63,921 nt of DNA, filler included, from Octopus bimaculoides (GCF_001194135.2; 5 parts of 5 records of this genome joined end to end with filler, not necessarily neighbours in it), one strand, 5' to 3'. Shown: positions 12,806 through 24,261, counted from the whole stretch's first letter. Numbers and translations: made by a program. Notes: generated from the letters alone by a model not told the origin.

Positions 12806-12899
12806 GATCTGGGATCTTTCTGATTTGGTGGACACCATTTTTTAGAGTCAAAGGATGGCTCTGCACAGATCCCAGATCAAAATTTAAAGAAACAGAAAA

Positions 12900-13400
12900 A
12901 TAGCATTCAGCCAACACATCGACATTTGCTCAATAACAAAATTTCAGAATTGTTTCCCCTCTATCAATTCAGGGACGATACAACCTGTAGCTAAAGAATT
13001 AGTAAAGAGTCCCTCTTTATTACAAAATACAAACCTCTTTCCTGCATGCCTTGTCTATGATGACAGAATACCCAATGCATGGAAATGTTGACCCATCACC
13101 TGGGATACCCCAGAAACAGCTGTAAGACATTAATTACTTCTACTTCTCCATTTTTGATTCACCTAACTCTAATTAAATATTCTAAATGACCTGAGATACT
13201 CGTCCTGCCTTGGTTTCGTAGTCCATTTTCTTTTTCGGAAGCCTACTACGGATCATTAGCTCCAGTCTCAGATGTGAACTTGGAACCTAACGGGTGACCA
13301 GTTATAACACTTGTGCAGCGTGCCTATTCGTTTAGATCACCAGTGAACTAAACCCCTCCTTAGAAAATTACTATTTGTAAATCTCACAACGAGAGATATT
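12900..13400 (+). pseudogene. Possible highly decayed LINE reverse-transcriptase remnant
   Basis: Only weak motifs: IPNAWK and FRKPTTDH (13233-13256), which recall GFR..RSTTD of I/Jockey/CR1-type RTs; many stops. Confidence 0.25.
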
Positions 13401-13567
13401 CAGCAACAGTACTTTGGAGTAAAGATTGTTTGCCAACATAACATGGAAGTCCTGGTTTAGGACGAATGTTGCTGTAATTTAGCCCCAGGAGATATCGTCT
13501 TCAGCTGGCAATTCTCTAAAGCCCTGGTTTTACTCGAAATCACTCATATTCCTTATATATATATATA

Positions 13568-13755
13568 TTCTCCTTTTTTTTCTTTCCTTATTTCTCTCCT
13601 TATTTCTTTCTGTGTTCCTTTCTGTTGAAGAGCGTAGGCTCGAAACGTTAAAGATTTTCTCTATTCCCGAGCGTTATATGAATACATCCATTTGTTGTTT
13701 ACACCACCTGTCTTCGTCTGTTGTTTTTTCTTTGTTTTTTTTTTCGTGAATTATG
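13568..13755 (+). mobile_element. Small Penelope-like element with a minimal hammerhead-like motif, next to (TA)n
   Basis: CTTT-CTGTTGA-A-GAGC-GTAG-GCTC-GAAA-CGTT-AAAG at 13618-13653; homologous copies at 5855-5945 and 45200-45360. Confidence 0.65.
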
Positions 13756-14115
13756 GTTGGCCAAAAGTTACCTGACAGTAAATCAAAACCATTTAATTCC
13801 AAGATTTATTTATGTTTAACAACTGAATGAATTTAATAAAAGCACCTGAATATGAAACATCACGAAAACTGTTCAAATTGAAGTCCTTCTTGAGTGACAC
13901 CATTTTTTTCCAAACGAATAAATAAAATTGAATATTAAATATTTATGTAATTTTGATCTACTGTCGGGTGAGTTTTGGCCAAACCCTGTATATGTATGTA
14001 TGTATGCATGTGTGTGTGTGGGAGTGGGAGTGTTTGTCCGTGTGTGTCTGTGTACATACATACATATATANNNNNNNNNNNNNNNNNNNNNNNNNNNNNN
14101 NNNNNNNNNNNNNAT

Positions 14116-14147
<32 letters not shown>

Positions 14148-14439
14148 ATATATTTTTTATTGTCATTTTGTTTTAATTCCTTATTAATTAACACACACAC
14201 CTGTTTGATTTCCATTCATTTACTTATTTATCTTTTAAATATATATATAATTCCTTAGGCCTTTTGTTACCATATTTCTGTTCAAACACACTTCCATTAT
14301 GACATTAATTTTGAAATAATAAAGAATTCTGCAAAATAACTCATTCTTATTAAGCTGGTGTTAAAAACAGATTTCATTTTAAATTGCTTGAAATCATGAA
14401 ATTTGTATCATAACACGAAGAGTATTTTTCGGGTGGATC

Positions 14440-14640
14440 GGTTATCAAAATGGATGACGCCATAACATAAGGCGCTGCCGTGGGTATTATTAGACAAGCG
14501 AAGTTCATCCCTCTCTAGAACGCCATTCCGACAGGCTCCAGCAGACTGAATCTTACAAACAATATTTTAACCAATCAGCGTGCGGCTTAGACATCAGAGT
14601 TAGATGAGCGCGCGAACACAGTTGACATTGACAGCGTTTA
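14440..14640. promoter_or_regulatory. CpG-rich non-repeat segment with an NF-Y CCAAT box (promoter-like)
   Basis: AACCAATCAG at 14569-14578, TGACGC and CGCG motifs in AT-rich surroundings; no transcript evidence. Confidence 0.25.
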
Positions 14641-14798
14641 TTCATAAACATTTTAATCAGTCGGAATCTTTAGGCTACTTTCAAGTGGAGAGAAATACCT
14701 GATACGATAAACGATTTTTTAAAATATTAAATATTATTAATGAATTTAATATTACTGTTAAAATTCCCACATTTTTCTTTATTAAAATGTCATTTAAA

Positions 14799-15190
14799 GG
14801 CGCAGGAGTGGCTGTGTGGTAAGTAGCTTGCTTACTAACCATATTGTTCCGGGTTCATTCCCGCTGCGTGGCACCTTGGGCAAGTGTCTTCTACTATAAC
14901 CTCAGGTCGACCAAAGCCTTGTGAGTGGATTTGGTAGACGGAAACTGAAAGAAGCCCGTCGTACATATGTTTATATATATGTATGTGTGTGTCTGTGTTT
15001 GTCCTCCCAACATCGCTTGACAACCGATGCTGGTGTGTTTACGTCCCCGAAACTTAGCGGTTCGGCAAAAGAGTCCGATCGAATAAGTACTAGGCATCCA
15101 AAGAATAAGTCCTGGGGGTCGATTTGCTCGACTAAAGGTGGTGCTCCAGCATGGCCACAGTCAAATGACTGAAACAAGTAAAAGAGTAAA
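14799..15190 (+). mobile_element. SINE family A, full length (tRNA-like head, CORE-like domain, internal TA/TG microsatellite)
   Basis: GGCGCAGGAGTGGCTGTGTGGTAAG (A-box-like), GGTTCATTCCC (B-box-like), CACCTTGGGCAAGTG (CORE-like), AAAGAG-type tail. Confidence 0.9.
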
Positions 15191-15354
15191 TTGAATCAAT
15201 ATTCAAATTATTATTACTATTGTGTTTGTTTTTTTTAATCATTCCATTATATGTAAAGTCCCACACTTGATGTCTGTCTTGGTATTGTCCCAATCATTCT
15301 TCGCCCAGGTGGCAAGCAAAAGAAATCATTATTATTATTATTATTATTAACTCA

Positions 15355-15572
15355 CTACTAACGCCATTAGCCAGGGGGGGGGGGCTAAACATAGAGGGGA
15401 CAAACAAGGACAGACAAAATGATTAAGTCGATTACATCGACCTCCAGTGCGCAACTGGTACTTATTTAATCGACCCTGAAAGGATGAAAGGCTAAGTCGA
15501 CCTCGGCGGAATATGAACTCAGAACGTCCGCTATGCGTTTCTCCCAGCGTGCTAACGATTCTGCCAGCTCGC
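15355..15572 (-). mobile_element. SINE family B, full length
   Basis: Minus strand starts GCGAGCTGGCAGAATCGTTAGCACGC and carries the Meta-like centre; preceded on its 5' side by (TAT)n. Confidence 0.85.
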
Positions 15573-15574
<2 letters not shown>

Positions 15575-15643
<69 letters not shown>

Positions 15644-15651
15644 CATTATTA

Positions 15652-15688
<37 letters not shown>

Positions 15689-15695
15689 CATTATT
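15575..15695. repeat. (TAT)n microsatellite
   Basis: About 40 units; source of the poly-Ile ORFs. Confidence 0.95.
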
Positions 15696-17261
15696 AGAAG
15701 CAAAAAAAAAAGAAGAGTGCCATTGTTATACATGCATACACACACATGTATACAAACACACGTACATATACATACACATACACAGCTACCTACCTCCGTA
15801 CATACATACATACATACATCAAAAGATATTCACAACAAAGTAGAAAAGCTATTATTACAAATATATAAATAAAAAAAAACAAAAAAAAAACAATTGTAAC
15901 GAAACATTCTAAGTATTTTATGTCACGTAAATGCTGGAGAGCGTTCTTCTGTATTAGCTTGCGCATGCGTATGTGGGTCTATGTAGAAGAGATACGCACA
16001 CACGTGCGTGTAGCTTTTATCTCTTATTTGTTTCAGGCATTGGTCTGCGACCATGCGGGGGCACATCCTTGAACGGTTTTCCAGTGGAACGAATCGACAC
16101 CGGTTGTCAAGCGGTAGTGAGGAAGAAACACACACACACACACCTGTATGTATGTATGTATGTATGTATGTATGTACGTACATACGTATATATATATATA
16201 TATATATAGTAGACATACTTGCAAAAAAGGACGTGTGCGTTCAATAATGTAATAATACAAAGAATATATATACATGTATACACACATATATGTACATACT
16301 TACATCTACATGTGTATATACATGCATATCAGGGTACAGGACGTTAGAACAATAAACTACAGACAACGGAACGAACACATAGGAAAACGGCTTTTGAATG
16401 TTGTTTTCANNNNNNNNNNNNNNNNNNNNNNNNNNNNNNNNNNNNNNNNNNNNNNNNNNNNNNNNNNNNNNNNNNNNNNNNNNNNNNNNNNNNNNNNNNN
16501 NNNNNNNNNNNNNNNNNNNNNNNNNNNNNNNNNNNNNNNNNNNNNNNNNNNNNNNNNNNNNNNNNNNNNNNNNNNNNNNNNNNNNNNNNNNNNNNNNNNN
16601 NNNNNNNNNNNNNNNNNNNNNNNNNNNNNNNNNNNNNNNNNNNNNNNNNNNNNNNNNNNNNNNNNNNNNNNNNNNNNNNNNNNNNNNNNNNNNNNNNNNN
16701 NNNNNNNNNNNNNNNNNNNNNNNNNNNNNNNNNNNNNNNNNNNNNNNNNNNNNNNNNNNNNNNNNNNNNNNNNNNNNNNNNNNNNNNNNNNNNNNNNNNN
16801 NNNNNNNNNNNNNNNNNNNNNNNNNNNNNNNNNNNNNNNNNNNNNNNNNNNNNNNNNNNNNNNNNNNNNNNNNNNNNNNNNNNNNNNNNNNNNNNNNNNN
16901 NNNNNNNNNNNNNNNNNNNNNNNNNNNNNNNNNNNNNNNNNNNNNNNNNNNNNNNNNNNNNNNNNNNNNNNNNNNNNNNNNNNNNNNNNNNNNNNNNNNN
17001 NNNNNNNNNNNNNNNNNNNNNNNNNNNNNNNNNNNNNNNNNNNNNNNNNNNNNNNNNNNNNNNNNNNNNNNNNNNNNNNNNNNNNNNNNNNNNNNNNNNN
17101 NNNNNNNNNNNNNNNNNNNNNNNNNNNNNNNNNNNNNNNNNNNNNNNNNNNNNNNNNNNNNNNNNNNNNNNNNNNNNNNNNNNNNNNNNNNNNNNNNNNN
17201 NNNNNNNNNNNATATACATACATACATATACATAAATACGTACGTACGTATTTATGTATGT

Positions 17262-17390
17262 ATAGTTTCCGTCTACTTAATCCACTCACAAGGATTTGTG
17301 CGGCCCACGGCTATAGGGGACAACACTTACCGAAGGTGCTACGCAGAGGGATTGAACCTGGAACCATGTGGTTGGGAATCAAACCTTCTT
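17262..17390 (-). mobile_element. SINE family A head
   Basis: Reverse complement of CCAACCACATGGTTCCAGGTTCAATCCC...CACCTT.GG.AAGTG...GTGAGTGGATT..GTAGACGGAAACT. Confidence 0.75.
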
Positions 17391-17879
17391 GTCACATACA
17401 CACACACACACAATATGGGGAAATATTCGTCCTTCATTAAACTTGAATGATTAAACTTCGCAAGTTTTGTTTATGTATTTCTGTTGAATGTAATTATGTG
17501 GTACTTCTTTTATTTTGATACGAACGCCTCTTTAGATCTGAACTATTTTCAAGCACCTCTGATGCGAAATGCTTTTGAGATTCTTAATTGTTAGTTTATT
17601 TTTTTGTCATCAAAAGCAAACAACTTCTATTTTTATACTTCCTACATTTTCGTATAAATCTAAACTGCTATACACCACGTCACTGTTGAGTATATTGATG
17701 GTTGTGGTCTGACAAGGTGAAACCATCTCACGACGACTTCGATAAAGGAACGCTGTACAATGAATTCATAGAACCAAGCCGTAACTTTTAAATACCTTTA
17801 CTCTGGGTCACAAACCTATACAAGTTGAATAATCATGGAAAGTGTTTACAAGCGAAAACCATGTTCATCTTCTGTGTAT

Positions 17880-18060
17880 TACCTCGTGTCTGCTCGATGT
17901 CTGCTAGCTGCCGCGCGTGTAGTACAAGAGCTGGCGTTGTCATGTCCTCTCGCCATGGCGTCACGATGACAAAGAGGAACGGCTGAGTGTCGGAACCTTA
18001 GAGTTACGTGTGCCATCTAGTGGCGAACTATTTAGGCAACTGCCGTCAGGAGAGGTAACT
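17880..18060. promoter_or_regulatory. CpG-rich promoter-like island with a CTCF-consensus site
   Basis: 18010-18023 reads CCACTAGATGGCAC on the minus strand; palindromic CGCCATGGCG (YY1-like), TGACG half-CRE, TAGGCAAC (RFX half site), possible donor AG|GTAACT at 18055. Confidence 0.45.
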
Positions 18061-18134
18061 GCGCCTACAAGTACTTCACTAGGAATTCTCAACCATTTTT
18101 TAAATTTATTTATGGATGCCTTTTGACTCCCATT

Positions 18135-18277
18135 CAGGGCCGATTCAAGGCACCGGCAACTCGGGCAGTCGCCCGGGGCGCCATTTGTTTTTTAGTCCAC
18201 ATTTTCACGTTTTCTCTTTGTGAAAACTAATATTTTTAAAAACTTATATCTGTAAGGGCGGCGAACTTCAGCTTGCT
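18135..18277 (+). mobile_element. Left end of a hAT-like MITE, cut by a gap
   Basis: Begins CAGGGCCGATTCAAGG, typical of hAT termini; the other end is not visible. Confidence 0.35.
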
Positions 18278-18321
18278 NNNNNNNNNNNNNNNNNNNNNNN
18301 NNNNNNNNNNNNNNNNNNNNN

Positions 18322-18333
18322 TTAATTAATTAA
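18322..18333. other. Artificial scaffold linker TTAATTAATTAA between two 44-N runs
   Basis: Identical N44-TTAATTAATTAA-N44 structure four times in the window; stops in all six frames. Confidence 0.9.
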
Positions 18334-18377
18334 NNNNNNNNNNNNNNNNNNNNNNNNNNNNNNNNNNNNNNNNNNNN

Positions 18378-19083
18378 CATCAGTTGTGGTGTGCAAGAGA
18401 CGATTGCGTTGGTATGGTCATGTGGTGAGAATGGATGAGGATAGCTGTGTGAAAAAGTACCACACCCTAGCGGTTGAGGGAACCTGTAGAAGAAGTAGAC
18501 CCAGGAAGACCTGGGATGAGGTGGTGAAGCACAACCTTCGAACATTAGGCCTCACCAAGGCAATGACTAGTGACTGAGACCTTTGGAAATATGCTGTGTG
18601 TGAGAAGACCCAGCAAGCCAAGTGAGACCATAACCCATAGCCTATGCCAGGGGTGTAACCAGCCCACTTATGCGTACCTTTCCTTCATTGGATGCTAAAC
18701 TCTGCTTGCAAAGACCTGTTGAGGCAAGTGAAATCAAAATCGAATCAAATTCGATGACGAACCTGTGCCAGTGGAGCGCTAAGAGTACCATCCAAGCATG
18801 ATCGTTGCCAGAGCAGCTGTCTGGCTTCTGTGCCAATGACACATAAAAAGCACCATTTGAGCGTGGCTGTTGCCAGTACCGCCTGACTGGCCTTTGTGCC
18901 GGTGGCATGTAAAAGCACCCACTACACTCTCGGAGTGGTTGGCGTTAGGAAGGGCATCCAGCTGTAGAAACTCTGCCAGATCAGATTGGAGCCTGGTGCA
19001 GCCATCTGGTTCGCCAGTCCTCAGTCAAATCGTCCAACCCATGCTAGCATGGAAGGCGGACGTTAAACAATGATGATGATGAT
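18378..19083 (+). mobile_element. RTE-clade LINE, 3' end (ORF C-terminus, 3' UTR, (GAT)n tail)
   Basis: KRRLRWYGHVVRMDEDSCVKK...GTCRRSRPRKTWDEVVKHNLRTLGL is the typical RTE C-terminus; ends GGACGTTAAAC-(GAT)n. Confidence 0.9.
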
Positions 19084-19214
19084 ATACATATGCTTATGTA
19101 TGTACGAATGAATATGTGGGTATATGTTACTGTTTCCTTGCTTTGACATTACATGATGTAAGTAAGTGCAAGTATCAATCACTTGACATTTTTAATTTCC
19201 AATCTTCTGTGGGA

Positions 19215-19352
19215 GAAATATTACTTCACCTGGAAACAAGTGAATGTTGGTGACAGGAAAGGCATACAGCCATAGAAAAAACCCACCACAACAAATTCTG
19301 TCCAACCTGTGTAAGCATGGAAAAGTAAATGTTAAAATGATGTTGATGATGC
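19215..19352 (+). mobile_element. RTE-like 3' tail, variant D
   Basis: TTGGTGACAGGAAAGGCATACAGCCATAGAAAA...AAGCATGGAAAAGTAAATGTTAAAATGATG; same tail type as at 37960-38065. Confidence 0.6.
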
Positions 19353-20289
19353 ATAACCAAGAAATTATTAAAACAGGATGCAGAGATGTGGTGGACATTG
19401 CTCCACAATCCGAGCTTCCAGATAGTAAAATTTTTACATTTTTTTCTGAGTAAGATAACTGGTCTTGCTAAAAATCATATGACTAAATAAGAAACCATTG
19501 TTTTTTGGGGGTTTTTTTCTTTCCACTTAAAGACTACTTGACATTAATTTATTTAATATGCAACATTTTATAATTTTGAATTGTTAGATTATGTAAATGT
19601 AACTTTACTGTTGAAGATTTACACTGCATGACCAGTAGAACATCATATTTTTTGAGCCAACAAGAGGGCTTCTATATTAAACATGGGCAAGCTTTGTCAG
19701 GACATGAGTTGCATGAGACACGGCTCATCATTAGATGGCTTACTCTATTAATAAATCCAAGGTAATTTTTCATTAGGTGTGCCATTCAGAAATTCCCATG
19801 GGCCAGTTTGCCTATGACTGTTCAATATGGTACTTGACCTGCTAGAAATAACAGCAAAATATTTCTTCATTAAAAATAAGGAACACCACATTTTAGAATT
19901 CAGTCCTAGATACACTATACCTGAAAACCAACATGGGAGGGTCAAAAGTGGAATGTCTTAGATCATAGATTTGCCCTAAAGGAATGATGAAACTTGACTG
20001 GAGAGGTGACGTATGGGTATGAGGTAGATACCTATTTGCCTGTATGGCAAGTCAGCCCTGTATGAGTCCACAATTTGAACAGTGGTAATGATCTTGAAAT
20101 GGACTTAGGATTGAATAAGTCAGCTGAACCACTAGGGAGGGTCTTAAATCAGTGATTAGGCGTGGGGGGTCAGTGTGTTGTAAAGCCATTGAGAAGAAGG
20201 CTCCAAAATGGTGTGTACTATTTCTTGATGAGCTTTGAAACCTACTAGCATCTGGTATGCAAAGTTTTCAATTGATTGCACTTGCTTAA

Positions 20290-20570
20290 CCCATTACCTA
20301 CCAGTGATCTCATATGAGATCACTTAAAAATTGCAAATTTCGTAATTATCTGTCAATATTTACATATATCTAACCTTTTTGCTATATCTACTAGGTATAT
20401 TCCTCTGTTATTCAAATGAGGTTTGCTAATTTTTCACCCAATATCTCGCTTATTTCTGTTTAAAATGTTATTTTGATCATTCCAGCGTGTTTCTAAGGCT
20501 GTTTTATGCTAGAAATCCAAGTTTCATTAAAAAAATTCCAGTTGATAGAAGAATTATGGGAGGTAATGGG
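20290..20570. mobile_element. piggyBac-type MITE (281 bp)
   Basis: TTAA (20286-89) | CCCATTACCT ... AGGTAATGGG | TTAA (20571-74); 22-bp perfect internal palindrome at 20303-20324. Confidence 0.85.
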
Positions 20571-20624
20571 TTAAGCAAGCTATTTCTTCGTCTATTGTAT
20601 TTACTATCAAAACTTCACACCTAT

Positions 20625-20828
20625 CTCTTACCTTTTACCTGTTTCAGTTAATGGACTGCAGCCATGCTTGAAGGTTTTAGTTGGGGAAACAAAAAGCCTC
20701 CTGTACTTATTTTTGTTTTAAGCCTGGTACTTATTTTATTGGTGTCATTTACTAAATTGCTTAGTTATGGGTGAAGTAAACAAATCAACATTGGTTGTCA
20801 AGTGGTGATGGCAGACAAACAACACAAA

Positions 20829-20872
<44 letters not shown>

Positions 20873-21035
20873 ATGGGTTTCCACACAATTTCTGTCTACC
20901 AAATTCACTTACAAAGCAGTAGTTAGCTTGGGGCTTATAGTAAAAAACACTTGTCCATGGTGGTGTGCAGTGGTACTGAAACTAAAACCACAAGGCAGCA
21001 AAGTGAGTTTCTTAGCCACAGAACCATGCCTGCAC
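20625..21035 (-). mobile_element. SINE family A, full length, decayed
   Basis: Tail, internal (CA)n and head are all colinear with 14799-15190; many CG to TG/CA changes. Confidence 0.8.
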
Positions 21036-21185
21036 ATTCTTATATATTTGAAAATATTCTGATTTTTTTTTTTTTTTTTCAAAGAAAAAATGCTTTGATA
21101 AAACCTGAACTATTTTACAAAGTAAAATCATAGAAAATAAGAAGAAAATGTAAAGTGTTTTGATAGATGTAAAGTGTTTTGTTTA

Positions 21186-21599
21186 GGCACAGGAGTGGCG
21201 GAGTGGCTGTGTGGTAAGTAGCTTGCTTACCAACCACATGGTTCTGGGTTCAGTCCCACTGCGTGGCACCTTGGGCAAGTGTCCTCTACTATAGCCTCGG
21301 GTCAACAAAAACCTTGCAAGTGGATTTGGTAGACGGAAACTGAAAGAAGCCCGTTGTATATATGTATATATATACATATATATGTATGTGCTTGTGTGTC
21401 TGTTTGTCCACCCAACATTGCTTGACAACTGATGCTGGTGTGTTTACATCCCCGTAACTTAGCGGTTCGGCAAAAGAGACCGATAGAATGAGTACCAGGC
21501 TTACAAAGAATAAGTCCTGGGGGCGATTTGCTTGACTAAAGGCGGTGCTCCAGCATGGCCACAGTCAAAGGACTGAAACAAGTAAAAGAGTGAAAGAGA
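21186..21599 (+). mobile_element. SINE family A, full length
   Basis: High similarity to 14799-15190. Confidence 0.9.
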
Positions 21600-21704
21600 T
21601 GATATGCCATAGCACCATTTACCATTCTATTATCCAGCAAAAAACATTACATTTATTTAACGCTTTTGAGATCCTAAAACCAAGGTGTCACATCAAAACA
21701 CTGG

Positions 21705-21900
21705 TGTGAGTGCTAGTGCCACATAAAAAGCACCCAGTACATTCTGTATAGTGGTTGGCATTAGAAGGGCATTCAGCCATAAAAACCAAGCCAAAGCTGA
21801 CTATGGAACTTGATGTGGCCCCTGGCCTTGCTAGTTCCTGTCAAGCCATCCTATGTATGCCAGCATGGAAAACAGATGTTAAATGTTGATGATGATGATG
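21705..21900 (+). mobile_element. RTE 3' tail
   Basis: AAAAGCACCCAG..GTGGTTGGCATTAG.AAGGGCAT...GCCAGCATGGAAAACAGATGTTAAATG-(GAT)n. Confidence 0.75.
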
Positions 21901-22204
21901 ATACCAACCCACTTGAAACCATCCTGATTCTGTGATACAAACTTCCTATTTTAAAATGATCTAAATGAAAAAAACTTTCTAAATTTCATGTTAATTTGTT
22001 TCAAAGACTGTCTTAATAATGATAACATTTTACTTGATTATTCATTATTTTCAATACTAATTGAAACAAAGGAAGTGTATTTCATTTCAATAGACAGTGT
22101 TAATTAGTTGAAAGAAGCTGAGTAAGTTACTCAAATGCTTGGTGCTTTTTCTAGATGGTTTTAAAAGTTCAAGAAATAATCTGATCTTCATAGCATTCAA
22201 ATAT

Positions 22205-22410
22205 TGGTTATGATGACGAGTGTTCCAGTTGATCCAATCAACTGAACAACTTGCTCATGAAGTTAATGTACAAGTGGCTGAGAACTCCGCAGACAGGCAT
22301 AGTTCTCTGGGAGATTAAGCGTAACACAGAATGTGACAAGGCTGGTCCTTAGAAATACAGGTACTACTCATTTTTGCCATCAGAGTGGAGTGGAGAATAG
22401 AACAAGTGTC
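22205..22410. mobile_element. Fragment of a third SINE-like family
   Basis: GATCCAATCAACTGAACA..GTGGCTGAG.ACTCC.CAGAC..GTGACAAGGCTGG..GAAATACAGGTAC resembles a recalled octopus SINE body; single copy here. Confidence 0.4.
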
Positions 22411-22539
22411 GCATCAAAATTATTAAGATAAAACTTACTTGGAAATGGATTTGTGGCATTCAATCATATAATAATATAAATAATATATATATGCATATAT
22501 GTACATACTTGCATATGTATATACATATGCATATATGGG

Positions 22540-22790
22540 CACAGAACGTAAACAACATGAAATACGAAAACATGGAATAAGAAATTTTTTTGGCAAACAA
22601 CGAAAGAAACAAATGGAAAGCAAGACAAGCAACATAAAGAACGATCCTGTCGGCTGTTTTTCTACTCTGTTTTCAAGCAATTCACAACAAGATATACCTC
22701 AGACAAAAGAGTTGCTCCTGAAAATTAAATTAAATTAAATTTGGGATTTTGCTGAGGGTCAAAGTTGGTAACAAAAGCAGGACAGTGAGA
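22540..22790. repeat. Family G repeat, decayed second copy
   Basis: Colinear with 5500-5765. Confidence 0.5.
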
Positions 22791-23088
22791 ACGAACAGGA
22801 AGGGCTGCTAAGCCTAAACGAGCTGAGGTTGCTTTAATAATAGCAAATGCTCAGAAATGCAAGACAATGCTTCATTGGCATAAATTTATGAGTCCTCAGA
22901 AATCTGATTCCTAGCACTATTAAATTTTTAAAAACTTGAACTCATCTGAAGAAAATGAATGGCATAAACTTATTACAAATTAGCTAAAAACTGTAATATG
23001 TAATGTGAATCTAAGATTAAAAAACATCATTAGAGAGAACGGTTTCAATTTTGCCAGTAATTAAATAGTTATATCTCAAGAAAACAGA

Positions 23089-23456
23089 TAACAAGAGCAC
23101 TCAGCGAGCGCAAGCTTCTGCCAAGACAACAGCGATGTCCTCTCAATGATTAGCCAAAAATGATTTTTAAAATGAGAATATCTGAAATAAACTCTGTTGC
23201 TCTCACAAATGAGAATACTAAAAATGAATCTGATCAGCTCTCAAAAATTAAGTGAAAAAAAGGAAAAATAATTCAGAATCCTTGTCTGGTCCGGATTGAT
23301 CCCAAAATCTGATCAGTTTGTATCAGTCACAAGGCCAACCATCCCTGAAAGTTTCATCCAAATCTATCCAGTGGTTCTTGAGATATCTTGTCCATGGACA
23401 AACAAACAAACTCAACTGGAAACAATACCTCCGCTTTCGCTAAGGCAGAGGTAATA
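23089..23456 (+). mobile_element. Helentron-associated non-autonomous element (HINE/DINE-1-like)
   Basis: Starts TAACAAGAGCACTC, has an AAAGTTTCATCCAAAT motif, a (ACAA)n core and a 3' hairpin TACCTCCGCTTT-CGCT-AAGGCAGAGGTA (23426-23453). Confidence 0.65.
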
Positions 23457-23563
23457 ATGATTGATGACTTGCAGTAAAGTTATTGTCACTGTATAGTTAG
23501 GGTAGCTATAAATAGTGCACATAGCTGAAGCTGATAAATATTTTTTTTTTTTTTTTCTCAACA

Positions 23564-23724
23564 GGCATAGACATGGTCATATTGTTAAGAGGCTTTTTTT
23601 GCAACCACATGGTTCCAGTTTAGTCCGTCTTGTGAACACCTTAGGCAATCGTCTTCTATTATAACCCCAGGCTAACCAATGCCTTGTTAGTGAATCTGTT
23701 TGATGGAACTGTGTGAAAGCTTGT

Positions 23725-23755
<31 letters not shown>

Positions 23756-23990
23756 GTATATGTGTGTGTGTGTGTATGTGCTTGTGTTTGTCTTCTCCAC
23801 CCACCACTTGACAGCTAGTGTTGGTTTGTTTATGTCACTATAACTTAGATGATCACCTAAGAGACTAATAGGATAAGAAGCAGACTTGGAAAAAAAAAAG
23901 TATTGAGGCCAATTAGTTTCACTAAAGCCTTGAAGTGGTATCCCAGCATAGCTGCAGACCAATGACTGGAACAATGAAAGATAAAAAATA
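23564..23990 (+). mobile_element. SINE family A, full length, decayed
   Basis: Head, internal TG/TA microsatellite and tail recognisable. Confidence 0.8.
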
Positions 23991-24261
23991 AATTCTACAC
24001 ATTATTGTCTTGCCCCAAACCACCCTTGATTCAGCATTTCTAAGATCAAAGGTATTGCATCCGTGAATATCTCATCATTTTTGGTACATAGTATATTTGG
24101 GACTATAACCAACCTGTTCTTTTTTTAAGATGGCAGAGCATAGGGGCTCTCTCATGCTGCATTAGTGAGTGAGTTTCAATCTGTATATAATAATTAGAGG
24201 TTAAGATGATATTCACACATTACTTTTTAGATAAAATTCACTAAAAACTACAGACATGTTC

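Noticed and set aside
14799-14875. tRNA genes at SINE heads
   Set aside because: A/B-box-like sequence continues into SINE bodies and no complete cloverleaf is evident.
17695-17735. GATGGTT...CTGACAAGGTGAAACCATC as a hammerhead
   Set aside because: It has no stem II or stem I; it is only a 7-bp hairpin.
17923-18054. FKBP15 first coding exon
   Set aside because: The open frame (HDDKEERLSVG...PSGE) has no Met, ends in phase 0 rather than the required phase 2, and does not resemble the FKBP15 start.
19984-20127. C/D-box snoRNA (ATGATGA ... CTGA)
   Set aside because: No terminal stem and no recognisable rRNA/snRNA complement; such boxes are common by chance.
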